64,000 nt of DNA from positions 270,323-334,322 of the forward strand of contig NJBG01000001.1 of NCBI GenBank assembly GCA_005222965.1, given 5' to 3'. This DNA is from Candidatus Woesearchaeota archaeon B3_Woes. Lineage in GTDB: Archaea; Nanobdellota; Nanobdellia; Woesearchaeales; B3-WOES. Position 1 is the first letter of the stretch, and each line of letters starts with the position of its first letter. The notes beneath the pieces are model-generated. The model had not been told where the DNA came from, did not search any database, and worked only from the letters and a program-made list of their open reading frames with translations. Of the stretch, positions 19,619-29,633 are shown one piece after another. The translations under genes and the position numbers were made by a program.

Positions 19619-20395
19619 ATGGCAAAAATATTGTTCAAAAAAGAAAAAAAAGAGTTTGTCAAGGATTTAAACAAAGAGATAACCCTCTCCAGACAAAGAT
19701 TCTTCTATGTTTTTGATACTGATAAGGAGTTTATAACAGAAGATGGCAAAATAGATAAAAAAGACCTAAAGAAAAAAGATGGAAGCACCATAAAAACTAA
19801 TAAAGATAAAGAATTTATTATATTCTCAACAACTTTTATAGACGATTTCAAAAGGATTAAAAGAAAAGCTCAAATAATAACACCAAAAGACATTGGAATT
19901 ATAATAGCTGAAACAGGCATTAACAATAAAAGTAAAGTTGTTGATGCTGGTACTGGCTCTGGGGCTTTAGCTTGTTATTTAGCTCATATATGTAAAGAAG
20001 TTACAAGTTATGATATAAGAGATGATTCAATAGAAACAGCTAAAGAGAATAAAAAATTCTTAGACTTAAAAAATTTAAAAATAAAGAAGAAAAGCATCTT
20101 TAAAGGAATTGATGAAAAAGAGTTAGACTTAATTGTTCTAGATATACCAGATCCATGGAATGCAATAAAATCTTGTGAAAAATCACTAAAAATTGCAGGA
20201 TACCTTGTTGTATACCTTCCTTCAGTTTCTCAAATATCTGATTTTGTAAATGAAATAAAAAAATATAATGGTTTTGTCTATCTAAAAACAACTGAATTAA
20301 TCGAAAGACACTGGAAGATTGATGGAAGAATTTCAAGACCAAAATCAGGAGCACTAGGCCATACAGGATTCTTAAGTTTTGTTAGAAGAATTTAG
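19619..20395 (+). CDS. trmI: tRNA (adenine57/58-N1)-methyltransferase
   Basis: QIITPKD, VVDAGTGSGAL, LDIPDPW, GHTGFL. Confidence 0.92.
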   Translation: MAKILFKKEKKEFVKDLNKEITLSRQRFFYVFDTDKEFITEDGKIDKKDLKKKDGSTIKTNKDKEFIIFSTTFIDDFKRIKRKAQIITPKDIGIIIAETGINNKSKVVDAGTGSGALACYLAHICKEVTSYDIRDDSIETAKENKKFLDLKNLKIKKKSIFKGIDEKELDLIVLDIPDPWNAIKSCEKSLKIAGYLVVYLPSVSQISDFVNEIKKYNGFVYLKTTELIERHWKIDGRISRPKSGALGHTGFLSFVRRI

Positions 20396-21802
20396 AAATA
20401 TTTCTTCTCCTTTTAATAATAAATCTTCAGAAGATTTTTTTGAAGTAGAATCTGCGATTATTCTAAAAATTCCGGCTTCTGTTTTAGACGCCCTATACCA
20501 AACCCAGCTATTATCCTTCATTACAATCTTAAAACCGCCTGTTTCATCTCCTGTTTTTCTTATTTCCTTAACATAGGGTTGTTCGTTCCATAGTTCTTCT
20601 AATTTTTTCCTTAATTTAATAGATTTTTCAGGATTGCACTCTATTTTTTTTCTTAAAGTATAATAATCAGGAAATTCTGTTAATATATCTGTTATTTTCC
20701 CTCTTTTTGCTATTAAATCTAAAATGAGGACTAAAGACAAAGTTCCATCTCTGCATTTTGATGGAGGAAATATTCCACCCGAACTAGACCCCTCTCCTCC
20801 AACAATAGCATTTACTTCATCCATCTTTTCAACAACATTTATTTCTCCTACTTCAACTTCAAGAACATCTGCATTGTGTTTTTTTGCAATTTCTGTTACT
20901 AAATCAGAAGTTGCATCATTAATTACAACTGTTTTTTCCCCATTATTGTAATCTGTTAAAACTTCTTCTACTAACAAAGCTAAAACCTGTTGACCAGATA
21001 AAACTCTTCCGTGTTTTTCTGAAAAAACAGAATATTTTGGAATAACTAACTCAACCCTGTCTCCATCACAATCCCATCCTGCTCCTAAATCTGCATTATT
21101 TTCATCTATAGATTCTGCTAAAGAAGCCAATGATTCTTTATTTGGTTCTATCAATCTATTAAAAATCCCTAATTCCATATTTTTACAAACTACATCAACA
21201 TTTAATTTTTCTAGAATTTGTTTTATTATTGTTGCAGCTGTTCCACCATTTGGATCAACAGCAATCTTCAAATTTGCTTCTTTTATCTTATTCATTCTTT
21301 CTTCACCAAGAATATCTAAAACAAAATCAATATAATTTTCCTGTAGTTCTTTTTCTTTATTCTCTTCTGTTCCTTTATTTTCAGATTTTTGAACATCTAT
21401 ACTTCCTCGTGTTTGAATTACCTCTTGAATTTCTTCTGGTTTTAATACAGAACCAGTGTTTCTTAAGAATTTCCATCCATTATATTCTGGTTCATTATGG
21501 GAAGCAGTTATAATAATTCCTCCATCTGCTTTAAAATATCTAACACCCTGTTGAATTGCAGGAGTTGTATTAAAACCAACATCAACAACATCTGCTCCTT
21601 GCTCTAATAATGTTTTTTTCATTAATTCATTTATAGAATTTGAAGATTCTCTTGTATCCATCCCTAAAACTATTTTTATTGATTGGTTTTTTTTCTTTAA
21701 AAAATTTACAAAGCTTTGAGTATAGTTTATTATAACTTCTTCAGTAATATCTTCTTCATACAATCCACGAATTCCTGAGAAAGATTCGATTAACATTTTC
21801 AT
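20372..21802 (-). CDS. Alpha-D-phosphohexomutase (GlmM/PMM/PAGM family)
   Basis: SGIRG, ITASHN (phospho-Ser), DCDGDR metal loop, GGEGS, RASKTE. Confidence 0.88.
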   Translation of the reverse strand: MKMLIESFSGIRGLYEEDITEEVIINYTQSFVNFLKKKNQSIKIVLGMDTRESSNSINELMKKTLLEQGADVVDVGFNTTPAIQQGVRYFKADGGIIITASHNEPEYNGWKFLRNTGSVLKPEEIQEVIQTRGSIDVQKSENKGTEENKEKELQENYIDFVLDILGEERMNKIKEANLKIAVDPNGGTAATIIKQILEKLNVDVVCKNMELGIFNRLIEPNKESLASLAESIDENNADLGAGWDCDGDRVELVIPKYSVFSEKHGRVLSGQQVLALLVEEVLTDYNNGEKTVVINDATSDLVTEIAKKHNADVLEVEVGEINVVEKMDEVNAIVGGEGSSSGGIFPPSKCRDGTLSLVLILDLIAKRGKITDILTEFPDYYTLRKKIECNPEKSIKLRKKLEELWNEQPYVKEIRKTGDETGGFKIVMKDNSWVWYRASKTEAGIFRIIADSTSKKSSEDLLLKGEEIFLNSSNKT

Positions 21803-22269
21803 TCAAAAATTATACTAAAAACAAATTCATTTTCATTTTTATAAAAATGTTCTTTTAGTACTGTTTCGTGTTTAAATCCTAATTTTTCATAAAAAGCATG
21901 AGATTCTTTATTTGTTGATCTTGTTAACAGAAATACTTTTCTTACATTTGCATCATGTTTTTTATATTCCTCCTCAATATCTTTCATCATTGATTCAAAT
22001 AATTTTTTTCCTGTTCCTTTTCCTCTTGCTCCTTTTAAAGTTACAATATGGTATAACTCCACTAATCCGTGTTTTGGTCTTCCATGCATAATCCATGATA
22101 CTAGTCCTATTATTTTTCCGTTTTCTTCTGCGACAATGTAATTATCTCCTTTATTTATTTCTTTTAAAAAAGATTGTTCTGCCTCTTCTATCTTATCAAC
22201 ATTCAATAGTTCTAATAATACTTCTGCAACCTTTTCTTTGTCCTCTGTTGTTGCTTTTCTTAATATCAT
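21799..22269 (-). CDS. GNAT N-acetyltransferase
   Basis: LRKAT, RGKGTGKKL acetyl-CoA loop, N...FYEKLGF; ATGA overlaps with both neighbours. Confidence 0.88.
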   Translation of the reverse strand: MILRKATTEDKEKVAEVLLELLNVDKIEEAEQSFLKEINKGDNYIVAEENGKIIGLVSWIMHGRPKHGLVELYHIVTLKGARGKGTGKKLFESMMKDIEEEYKKHDANVRKVFLLTRSTNKESHAFYEKLGFKHETVLKEHFYKNENEFVFSIIFE

Positions 22270-24083
22270 TCTACTGTAACTGATTTTGCTAAGTTTTTTG
22301 GTTTATCTATATCACATTCTCTTAGTTTAGCAATATGATAAGCTAATAATTGTAAAGGAACTACTGTTAAAAAAGGATACAATAATCCAGATGTCTCTGG
22401 AACATATAAAACATGATCTGATATTTTCTTTATTTCTTCATCTCCTTCAGTAGCAATAGATATTATTATTCCTCCTCTTGATTTTATCTCTTCCATATTT
22501 CCTTTTATTTTAACATAAGATTCATCTTTAACACATATTACTACAACAGGCATTTGATTATCTACCAAAGCAATTGGACCATGTTTCATTTCAGCTGCAG
22601 GATACCCCTCTGCATGAAGATAAGAAACCTCTTTTAATTTTAAAGCACCTTCTAAAGCTATTGGAAAGTTTGTTCCTCTTCCAAGATAGATTGCGTTTGT
22701 TTTACGATAATAATCTTTAGCACAATCCATTATCTCTTTATCTTTTTTCAACATAGATTCTATTTGTTCTGGGATTCTCTTCAAATAATCTAATCTCTCA
22801 ATAAGATGTTCTTCAGGCCATGTACCTCTTAATTGAGCAAGATAAACACCCAATAAATATAAAACAGATAATTGTGTTGTAAATGCTTTTGTCGAAGCAA
22901 CACCAATTTCAATACCTGCTCTTGTATAGATGGTTTCGTCAGCTTCTCTTGGAATAGAACTTCCAATAACATTACAAATAGAAAGAACAGTTGCTCCTTT
23001 TGATTTTGCTTCTTTCATAGCTGCTAATGTATCTGCTGTTTCTCCTGATTGGCTTATGGCAATAACTAATGTCTTGTCATCTAAGATTGGATTTCTATAC
23101 CTAAACTCAGATGCATAATCAACTTCTACTGGAATTTTTCCTAAAGATTCTAATATTAATTTGCCGACTAACCCTGCATGCCAAGATGTCCCACATGCAA
23201 CAATCATAATTCTATTTATTGATTTTAAATAATCGTCAGTTAATTTAAAATCTTCAAAAAAAACTTTGTTGTCTTTAATCCTAGAAGTTATTGTATTTTC
23301 AATTGCAACTGGCTGTTCAAATATTTCCTTTAACATAAAATGTTCAAATTCTCCTTTTTGTGCCTGCTCTGCATCCCAATCTATTTCCACTTGATTCTTT
23401 TTAAATTCCTTTCCTGTTTCAATATTTTTTATTTTATATTCATCATTTATAACAACCATTTCGTTATCCTCTAAGAAAATAACTTTTTTTGTATATTCGA
23501 GAAAAGCAGGAACATCTGATGCAATAAAAAATTCTTTTTCTCCAATACCTAGAACCAAAGGGGAAGCTTTTCTTGCTGCAATAATCTTATCAGAATCATT
23601 ATTAATAACAATTATTGCATATGTTCCTTCTAATTTTTTTAATACTAAAGTTACTGCTTCTTCAAACTCATTATTTTTAGCATATTCTTCTATTAAATGA
23701 GGAATTACTTCTGTATCTGTTTTAGAATTAAACTCATAACCTTTTTCTATTAGCTCATTTTTTAATTCTTCATAATTTTCAATAATACCATTATGAACAA
23801 CAGCTATTTTCTTATTTGATGAAATATGTGGATGAGCATTTTTTTCAGTTACTGTTCCATGAGTAGCCCATCTTGTATGCCCCATTGCAATATTTGCGCT
23901 TTTTATTTCAGAAAAATCATTATACTCTCCTATCTTCCCAATTTTTTTTATTATTTCTAACCTATCTTTGTATTTGGATGCAATTCCCCATGAATCATAA
24001 CCTCTGTATTCTAATTGTTTTAGGCCTTTTATGATTATCTTGTTTCCGTCGTTTGGTCCTTTATAACAGATTATCCCGCACAT
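22266..24083 (-). CDS. glmS: Glutamine--fructose-6-phosphate transaminase (isomerizing)
   Basis: True start MCGII at 24083; LEYRGYDS, GHTRWATHG, SQSGETADT, KPKNLAKSVTVE. Confidence 0.97.
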   Translation of the reverse strand: MCGIICYKGPNDGNKIIIKGLKQLEYRGYDSWGIASKYKDRLEIIKKIGKIGEYNDFSEIKSANIAMGHTRWATHGTVTEKNAHPHISSNKKIAVVHNGIIENYEELKNELIEKGYEFNSKTDTEVIPHLIEEYAKNNEFEEAVTLVLKKLEGTYAIIVINNDSDKIIAARKASPLVLGIGEKEFFIASDVPAFLEYTKKVIFLEDNEMVVINDEYKIKNIETGKEFKKNQVEIDWDAEQAQKGEFEHFMLKEIFEQPVAIENTITSRIKDNKVFFEDFKLTDDYLKSINRIMIVACGTSWHAGLVGKLILESLGKIPVEVDYASEFRYRNPILDDKTLVIAISQSGETADTLAAMKEAKSKGATVLSICNVIGSSIPREADETIYTRAGIEIGVASTKAFTTQLSVLYLLGVYLAQLRGTWPEEHLIERLDYLKRIPEQIESMLKKDKEIMDCAKDYYRKTNAIYLGRGTNFPIALEGALKLKEVSYLHAEGYPAAEMKHGPIALVDNQMPVVVICVKDESYVKIKGNMEEIKSRGGIIISIATEGDEEIKKISDHVLYVPETSGLLYPFLTVVPLQLLAYHIAKLRECDIDKPKNLAKSVTVE

Positions 24084-24124
24084 GATATTAAAGAACAAAA
24101 TAAAGGTATATAAGCATTATGAAA

Positions 24125-25876
24125 CTAGATATAGTAATATTTCTCTTTTGTTTTTTGTTCTCTGTCTTTTACAGAATCCTCTTTATTTGCTCTAGGCCTA
24201 TTACTCTCTCCATCTCTTCTAAAAGTAATTTTCATATCTTTTAGGAAAATATTCATACCTTCTTCCATCTCAAAAGGTCCTTTTGCTTCTCCTTCAACAG
24301 CTGGTTTTCCGTCAAAAACCAATAATTTCTGGGAAAGATAATCTAAAAACAATAAATCATGATCAACTATCAAAGCTGTTTTTCCTTTTATCTCCATTAA
24401 ATCTCTTATTATTTTTGAGATGATTAATCTTTGTTCTACATCTAAGTAAGCAGAAGGTTCATCTAATAAATACAAATCAGCATCTTTGCCCAAACAAAAA
24501 GCTATAGAAACTCTTTGAAGTTCCCCTCCTGATAACTCATTTAATTTTTTATTCAGCAAAGGTTTTATGTTTAATGGATTAATTATTTGATTTTCATACT
24601 TCTTAATTACATCTTTAAGCAAGTCCTTTACTATTTTGTTTGATTCAGATTCAAGATATTGTGGTTTATAACTTACTTTTATCTTTTTATCAATCTCTCC
24701 TTTATCTGGTTTTATTTCTTCTGCTAAAATTTTAGCAAAACTTGTCTTTCCAATACCATTCTCTCCTAAAATTCCAACAACATCCTTTCTATATACTTCT
24801 CCTTTTTGTGCTTTTAGATCAAATTTGCCTAATTTTTTTTCAATATCTTTCCATGATGTTAGCATATTATCTTCCTGGCTCTTTATTGGTGGTCTTTTTT
24901 CAAACTTAATCTTATGATCTCTAAATCTCATATTTTCTTCTCTTAAGAATCCCTCTAAGTAAGTATTAATTGCTGTTCTTGTTGCCCTAGGTTGTGCAAC
25001 AACTCCATAACAATTCTCTTTTCCATACATTATATGAATCAAATCAGTCATATAATCTAGAATGATTAGATCGTGTTCAACTACAAGGATAGCTGTATCT
25101 TCATTTGCTAATGATTTTATGAATTTGCTTATATTTATTCTTTGTTTTATATCTAAATAAGATGTTGGTTCATCAAAAATGTATAAATCTGCTTTTTTTA
25201 AGACAGCTGCTGCAATAGCAACTCTTTGTAATTCTCCTCCTGAAATCTTTTTAATATCATTGCCTAATATATTTTCAATATCTAACTTTTTTGCTATTTT
25301 GTCTAATTGTTTTTTTTCATCAACTTTTTTTAATAAATCTTTTACCTTTCCTTTTTCTGCTTTTGGAATTAAATCAACTTGTTGAGGTTTATAACTAATC
25401 TTTATTTTTTTATCTTTAACCTTTTCAAAAAAAGATTGAGCTTCTGTTCCTTTAAAATATTCTATTAACTCTTCATATTTTGCTTCCTTATCTTTTCCTA
25501 GGTTTGGTTTAAGTATTCCTGCTAAAATTTTAATTGCAGTAGATTTTCCAATTCCATTTACTCCTAAAACCCCTACTACTTTTCCAAAAATTGGTGTTGG
25601 TAAACTGAATAACTCAAATTGATTTTTTCCATATCTGTGAATTGGTCTTTCTTTAAGTTCTTCTGGCAAATTTATTATATGAATTGCTCCAAAAGGGCAT
25701 CTTTTTGGACAAATTCCACAACCAGTGCATAATTTTTCATCTATCTCTGCTTTATTGTCTACTTTTGTAATACATTCATCTCCTGCTCGGTTAACAGGGC
25801 AAAGCCTAATGCAAAGATAGTCTCCACATGCATGCGGATTACATTTTTCCTTTTCAACAATAGCTAATCTTGTCAT
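24125..25876 (-). CDS. rli: Ribosome recycling ATPase ABCE1/RLI
   Basis: N-terminal Fe-S Cys clusters; two ABC domains (GVNGIGKS, GENGIGKT, SGGELQR). Confidence 0.96.
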   Translation of the reverse strand: MTRLAIVEKEKCNPHACGDYLCIRLCPVNRAGDECITKVDNKAEIDEKLCTGCGICPKRCPFGAIHIINLPEELKERPIHRYGKNQFELFSLPTPIFGKVVGVLGVNGIGKSTAIKILAGILKPNLGKDKEAKYEELIEYFKGTEAQSFFEKVKDKKIKISYKPQQVDLIPKAEKGKVKDLLKKVDEKKQLDKIAKKLDIENILGNDIKKISGGELQRVAIAAAVLKKADLYIFDEPTSYLDIKQRINISKFIKSLANEDTAILVVEHDLIILDYMTDLIHIMYGKENCYGVVAQPRATRTAINTYLEGFLREENMRFRDHKIKFEKRPPIKSQEDNMLTSWKDIEKKLGKFDLKAQKGEVYRKDVVGILGENGIGKTSFAKILAEEIKPDKGEIDKKIKVSYKPQYLESESNKIVKDLLKDVIKKYENQIINPLNIKPLLNKKLNELSGGELQRVSIAFCLGKDADLYLLDEPSAYLDVEQRLIISKIIRDLMEIKGKTALIVDHDLLFLDYLSQKLLVFDGKPAVEGEAKGPFEMEEGMNIFLKDMKITFRRDGESNRPRANKEDSVKDREQKTKEKYYYI

Positions 25877-25924
25877 ATTACTTATTTCTCTATAGAGATT
25901 TAAATAAGTTTGTGTTTTTAGAAT

Positions 25925-27781
25925 TTATTCCCAACAAGTTGTTGCTGGAGGTTTATCTGTAACATCAATTACAAAGGCACCAACATTATAATCTTGTTTC
26001 AATTTATGTCCTATCTCATCTAAACATTCCCAGGACATTCTTTCAGGATCAATTGGAGAAACTGGAGAAACTGTCATAAAATCATCTGTTGTTACAGCTC
26101 TTAATACTGCCATTCTCTTATTAGTGTCATATACATCTGCTCCAGATAAAACAAATATTGTTTGAGCAATATTTGGTGTAAATCCATGAGAATAGATTAC
26201 TTCTCTTCCTACATAATCTATTTCTTTAAGTTGATCTATAGTTTCTCTTGTTACTTGTGTTTGTATAAAATTGTCTAAATATTTTTGATCTATTTGATCA
26301 TTTCCTATATCATATACAATTCTATTTATTTTATGAATTTCTTTAGGTATTCTTTGTGCAGCTTCTCTTATCTTATTCCAATATCTTCCGCCTCTTAACA
26401 ATGCTAAGTATGTATAAGTTCTATTATCACCTTGTACACCTACAGTTTTTACAGGCAATACATATCCTTCCAACCCAAACTCAGAAGCAATCTCCTTAAC
26501 TCTATCATTTGTTCTATAAAATTCTTTATTAACCCAATTTGGGAGGCTATCTACAATTCTGATTCCCAATCCTGGACCAGGATAAGGTTGTCTTTCACTA
26601 ATATTTAACGGAAGACCAATAGCTCTTGCAGCTTCTCTTATTTCATCTTTAAATATAAGTCTATTTGGTTCAACAATTCTTCCCTCTTCTCTTAAATCTT
26701 CAATAAATTTACAACCCACATTATGGTGAGATTTAATATTTGCGGCTTTTTTTCCAACACCTTTCCCACTTTCTATTAGATCTGTGTATAGTGTTCCTTG
26801 TGCTAAGAATGTTTTCTTTGAATCAATTCCTTGTTCTTCGCATACTTCCTGCATGAGGGTTCCAAATAAATTTCCAATAGCCTTACGTTTATCTTCAGGA
26901 TCACTCATTCCCTTAACAGCATCAATAAATCTATCTTCTGCGTATTTAACAATTAAATTTTCAACACCTGCTTGTGTTAAAGCTTTTATCACTTCTTCTG
27001 ATTCCCCTTTTCTCATTAAAGCATCTATATATACAAAATATTTTTTTCCAGGTATGTCTGTTTGTGCTAATAATGATGCAACATAGGTTGAATCAACTCC
27101 CCCAGAAACAAAACATAAAACATCATTATTTCCAACAGTTTCTCTTATGTATTCTTTACTTTGTTCAATATAATTTTCCATTGTCCATTCACTACTACAA
27201 CCACAAATGTTATGTACAAAATTAGAAATAATTTGTAATCCTTTTTCTGTATGTGTTACTTCAGGATGAAATTGAACTCCATAAATTCTTTTTTCATCAT
27301 TTGCAATCCCAGCAACATGATATGTTGTCATAGCTATTTGTCTAAAACCTTCTGCAAGGTTTTCTAAATCAACACTATCTCCATGGCTCATCCATCCTCT
27401 TATTTTGCTATCTAAATTAGAAAATAAAGGGTGATTAGAATCTAAAGAAACATCTGTTTCTCCATATTCCTTATCAACTGAATCTCCATATAGAGTTCCT
27501 CCTTCAAGTAAATGATTTGTTAGTTGCATCCCATAACATATTCCAAGAACAGGTATTCCTAAATTAAACAAATTTGGGTCAACAAGTGGTGCATTTTCTT
27601 CATAAACACTCTCAGGACCTCCTGATAAAATAATCCCCTTTGGACTCCTAGTAACAATATCATCTAAGTTAGTATCAAAAGGCAAAATCTCTGAAAAAAC
27701 ATGAGATTTTCTAACAGATTTAGCAATTAGTTGGGTATATTGTCCTCCAAAATCCAATACTAAGATTTCATCCTGCGTCAT
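25925..27781 (-). CDS. guaA: GMP synthase, fused GATase+ATPPase long form
   Basis: LDFGGQY, GICYGMQ, QFHPE, SGGVDS, IKSHHN, PGPGLGIR, KPPATTCWE. Confidence 0.95.
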   Translation of the reverse strand: MTQDEILVLDFGGQYTQLIAKSVRKSHVFSEILPFDTNLDDIVTRSPKGIILSGGPESVYEENAPLVDPNLFNLGIPVLGICYGMQLTNHLLEGGTLYGDSVDKEYGETDVSLDSNHPLFSNLDSKIRGWMSHGDSVDLENLAEGFRQIAMTTYHVAGIANDEKRIYGVQFHPEVTHTEKGLQIISNFVHNICGCSSEWTMENYIEQSKEYIRETVGNNDVLCFVSGGVDSTYVASLLAQTDIPGKKYFVYIDALMRKGESEEVIKALTQAGVENLIVKYAEDRFIDAVKGMSDPEDKRKAIGNLFGTLMQEVCEEQGIDSKKTFLAQGTLYTDLIESGKGVGKKAANIKSHHNVGCKFIEDLREEGRIVEPNRLIFKDEIREAARAIGLPLNISERQPYPGPGLGIRIVDSLPNWVNKEFYRTNDRVKEIASEFGLEGYVLPVKTVGVQGDNRTYTYLALLRGGRYWNKIREAAQRIPKEIHKINRIVYDIGNDQIDQKYLDNFIQTQVTRETIDQLKEIDYVGREVIYSHGFTPNIAQTIFVLSGADVYDTNKRMAVLRAVTTDDFMTVSPVSPIDPERMSWECLDEIGHKLKQDYNVGAFVIDVTDKPPATTCWE

Positions 27782-29611
27782 TTAATGTTTAAAATGTCTC
27801 ATCCCTGTAAAGACCATTGCTATATCATATTCATTTGCTGCTTCTATAACGCTCGGATCTCCATTTGAACCACCTGGTTGAATAACATTTTTAATTCCAA
27901 AACCTGCAACTGCATCTAATCCATCTCTAAATGGAAAAAATGCATCAGAAGCTAAACAACAATCTTTTAATTGAGTTTTAATATACTGTTCTTTTGTTTG
28001 TCCAGCAATTACCTTACTAGCCGAATCCATTAATGTATCATATTCACTTGTTAACATTGCTTTTGCATGCTCTGTTGCTTCCTCTAAATTTGCTAGCACT
28101 TGATATTCCATTTCAAGATTCTCATGAGCTTTTGTTATTGCTAATTTTCCACCAGCATCTTTTCTGTTAGGTTGACCTGCCCCCATTCCTAAAACTTGGT
28201 ATTGGCCAGGTGAATATTCTCTACAAATAACTATAGCATTTGATTTTGTATGTTTAGCTGCTTTCATTGCAAAATCATATAACCCTTCTGAATTTTCTTT
28301 TGGTTTTGTTTCTGTTACAATTCCAACAGTTAATTCTTTTTGGCTATTTTGACATGTCAATTGATATGGTTCTCTAAATAACTCTTCAACAGTATCTGTT
28401 AAATATAATCTACTGTCTCTTTCTTGTTTTAGAATTCCTCCAAGTAGTTCTCTATATTCAATATCTTCAACTACCCCTGCAGCCATATCCCCTACTTCTA
28501 ATATTCTTAAATTTGATTTTGTTTTTTTGCCTTGAACATACTCTAAAGCTTGTGGACTAACACTAGGAGCAATCATTGCTTCAACAAACCACCCTTTTTT
28601 ACCAGTTGTATTTGGTCTATCACAAATAACCTTCATAGTATCAAGATCAACTTCTCTATTAAACGCAATTACACTTCCAAATGCACTAACAGGGTCACCC
28701 TGCCATGCTCTCTCCAATGCATTTTCTAATGTGTCTGCAGTTGCAATACCACAAGGTTCACTATGTTTAATTACAACAACAGTTGGTTGATCTTTATATT
28801 CTTTAACTGTTCGAAGTGCAGCCTCTGCATCTAAAAAGTTATTATAACCTAATGGACCCCCATGAACTTGATTAGCTATAACAGCGTTTGGTTCACTAAT
28901 GTTTGGGTCAACAAACAACCATGATTTTTGATGCCAATTTTCTCCATATCTTCCAAGTTCTTTTCCATCTACAAATTTTCTCCTTAAGGTTTCTTCTCCT
29001 GTAAATCTTCTTGTTAATTCTACTGCGTTAGCAGATCTATAATCAGCAATAGTGTTTATTGCAAATGCTGCTAAGTCTCTCCTAGTCTCTTTTGTTAATA
29101 CTCCATTATTTAAATCCATTTCTGAAATAATAGTTTCATAAATTGCAGGGTCAGCTAATACTCCTACGTGTTTCCAATTCTTTACAGCAGAGATAGTAGC
29201 AGTTGGACCTCCAATATCCATATTTTCAATAATGTCATCTTCAGTTGCACCTGGTTTTGCTGCTGTACTTTCAAAAGGATATAAATTATTTACAACTAAA
29301 TCAATTGAAACAATATTGTTGTCTTTTGCTTCTTGTACATGTTCAGGATTAGATCTATCAAATAAAATTCCACCTAAGATAGCAGGATGTAATGTTTTAA
29401 CTCTTCCATCAAATAATTCTGGATAGCCTGTTACATCTGAGACATCAATAACATTAATATCATAACCGTTTTCTTCAATAATTTCTCTAAGTACCCTAGA
29501 TGTTCCACCAGTTGAAATTATTTCATAATTGTGATGACTTAAACCTTCAGCTAATATATCCAAATTTGTTTTATCAGTTACTGTTATTAATGCTCTATTT
29601 TTTTGATCCAT
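27782..29611 (-). CDS. purH: Bifunctional AICAR formyltransferase/IMP cyclohydrolase
   Basis: STGGT, GRVKTLHP, DIGGP, YGENWHQ, ASDAFFPFRD, IQPGGS, FTGMRHFKH. Confidence 0.95.
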   Translation of the reverse strand: MDQKNRALITVTDKTNLDILAEGLSHHNYEIISTGGTSRVLREIIEENGYDINVIDVSDVTGYPELFDGRVKTLHPAILGGILFDRSNPEHVQEAKDNNIVSIDLVVNNLYPFESTAAKPGATEDDIIENMDIGGPTATISAVKNWKHVGVLADPAIYETIISEMDLNNGVLTKETRRDLAAFAINTIADYRSANAVELTRRFTGEETLRRKFVDGKELGRYGENWHQKSWLFVDPNISEPNAVIANQVHGGPLGYNNFLDAEAALRTVKEYKDQPTVVVIKHSEPCGIATADTLENALERAWQGDPVSAFGSVIAFNREVDLDTMKVICDRPNTTGKKGWFVEAMIAPSVSPQALEYVQGKKTKSNLRILEVGDMAAGVVEDIEYRELLGGILKQERDSRLYLTDTVEELFREPYQLTCQNSQKELTVGIVTETKPKENSEGLYDFAMKAAKHTKSNAIVICREYSPGQYQVLGMGAGQPNRKDAGGKLAITKAHENLEMEYQVLANLEEATEHAKAMLTSEYDTLMDSASKVIAGQTKEQYIKTQLKDCCLASDAFFPFRDGLDAVAGFGIKNVIQPGGSNGDPSVIEAANEYDIAMVFTGMRHFKH

Positions 29612-29633
29612 TTTCTATTTCCTCCATTAAATT

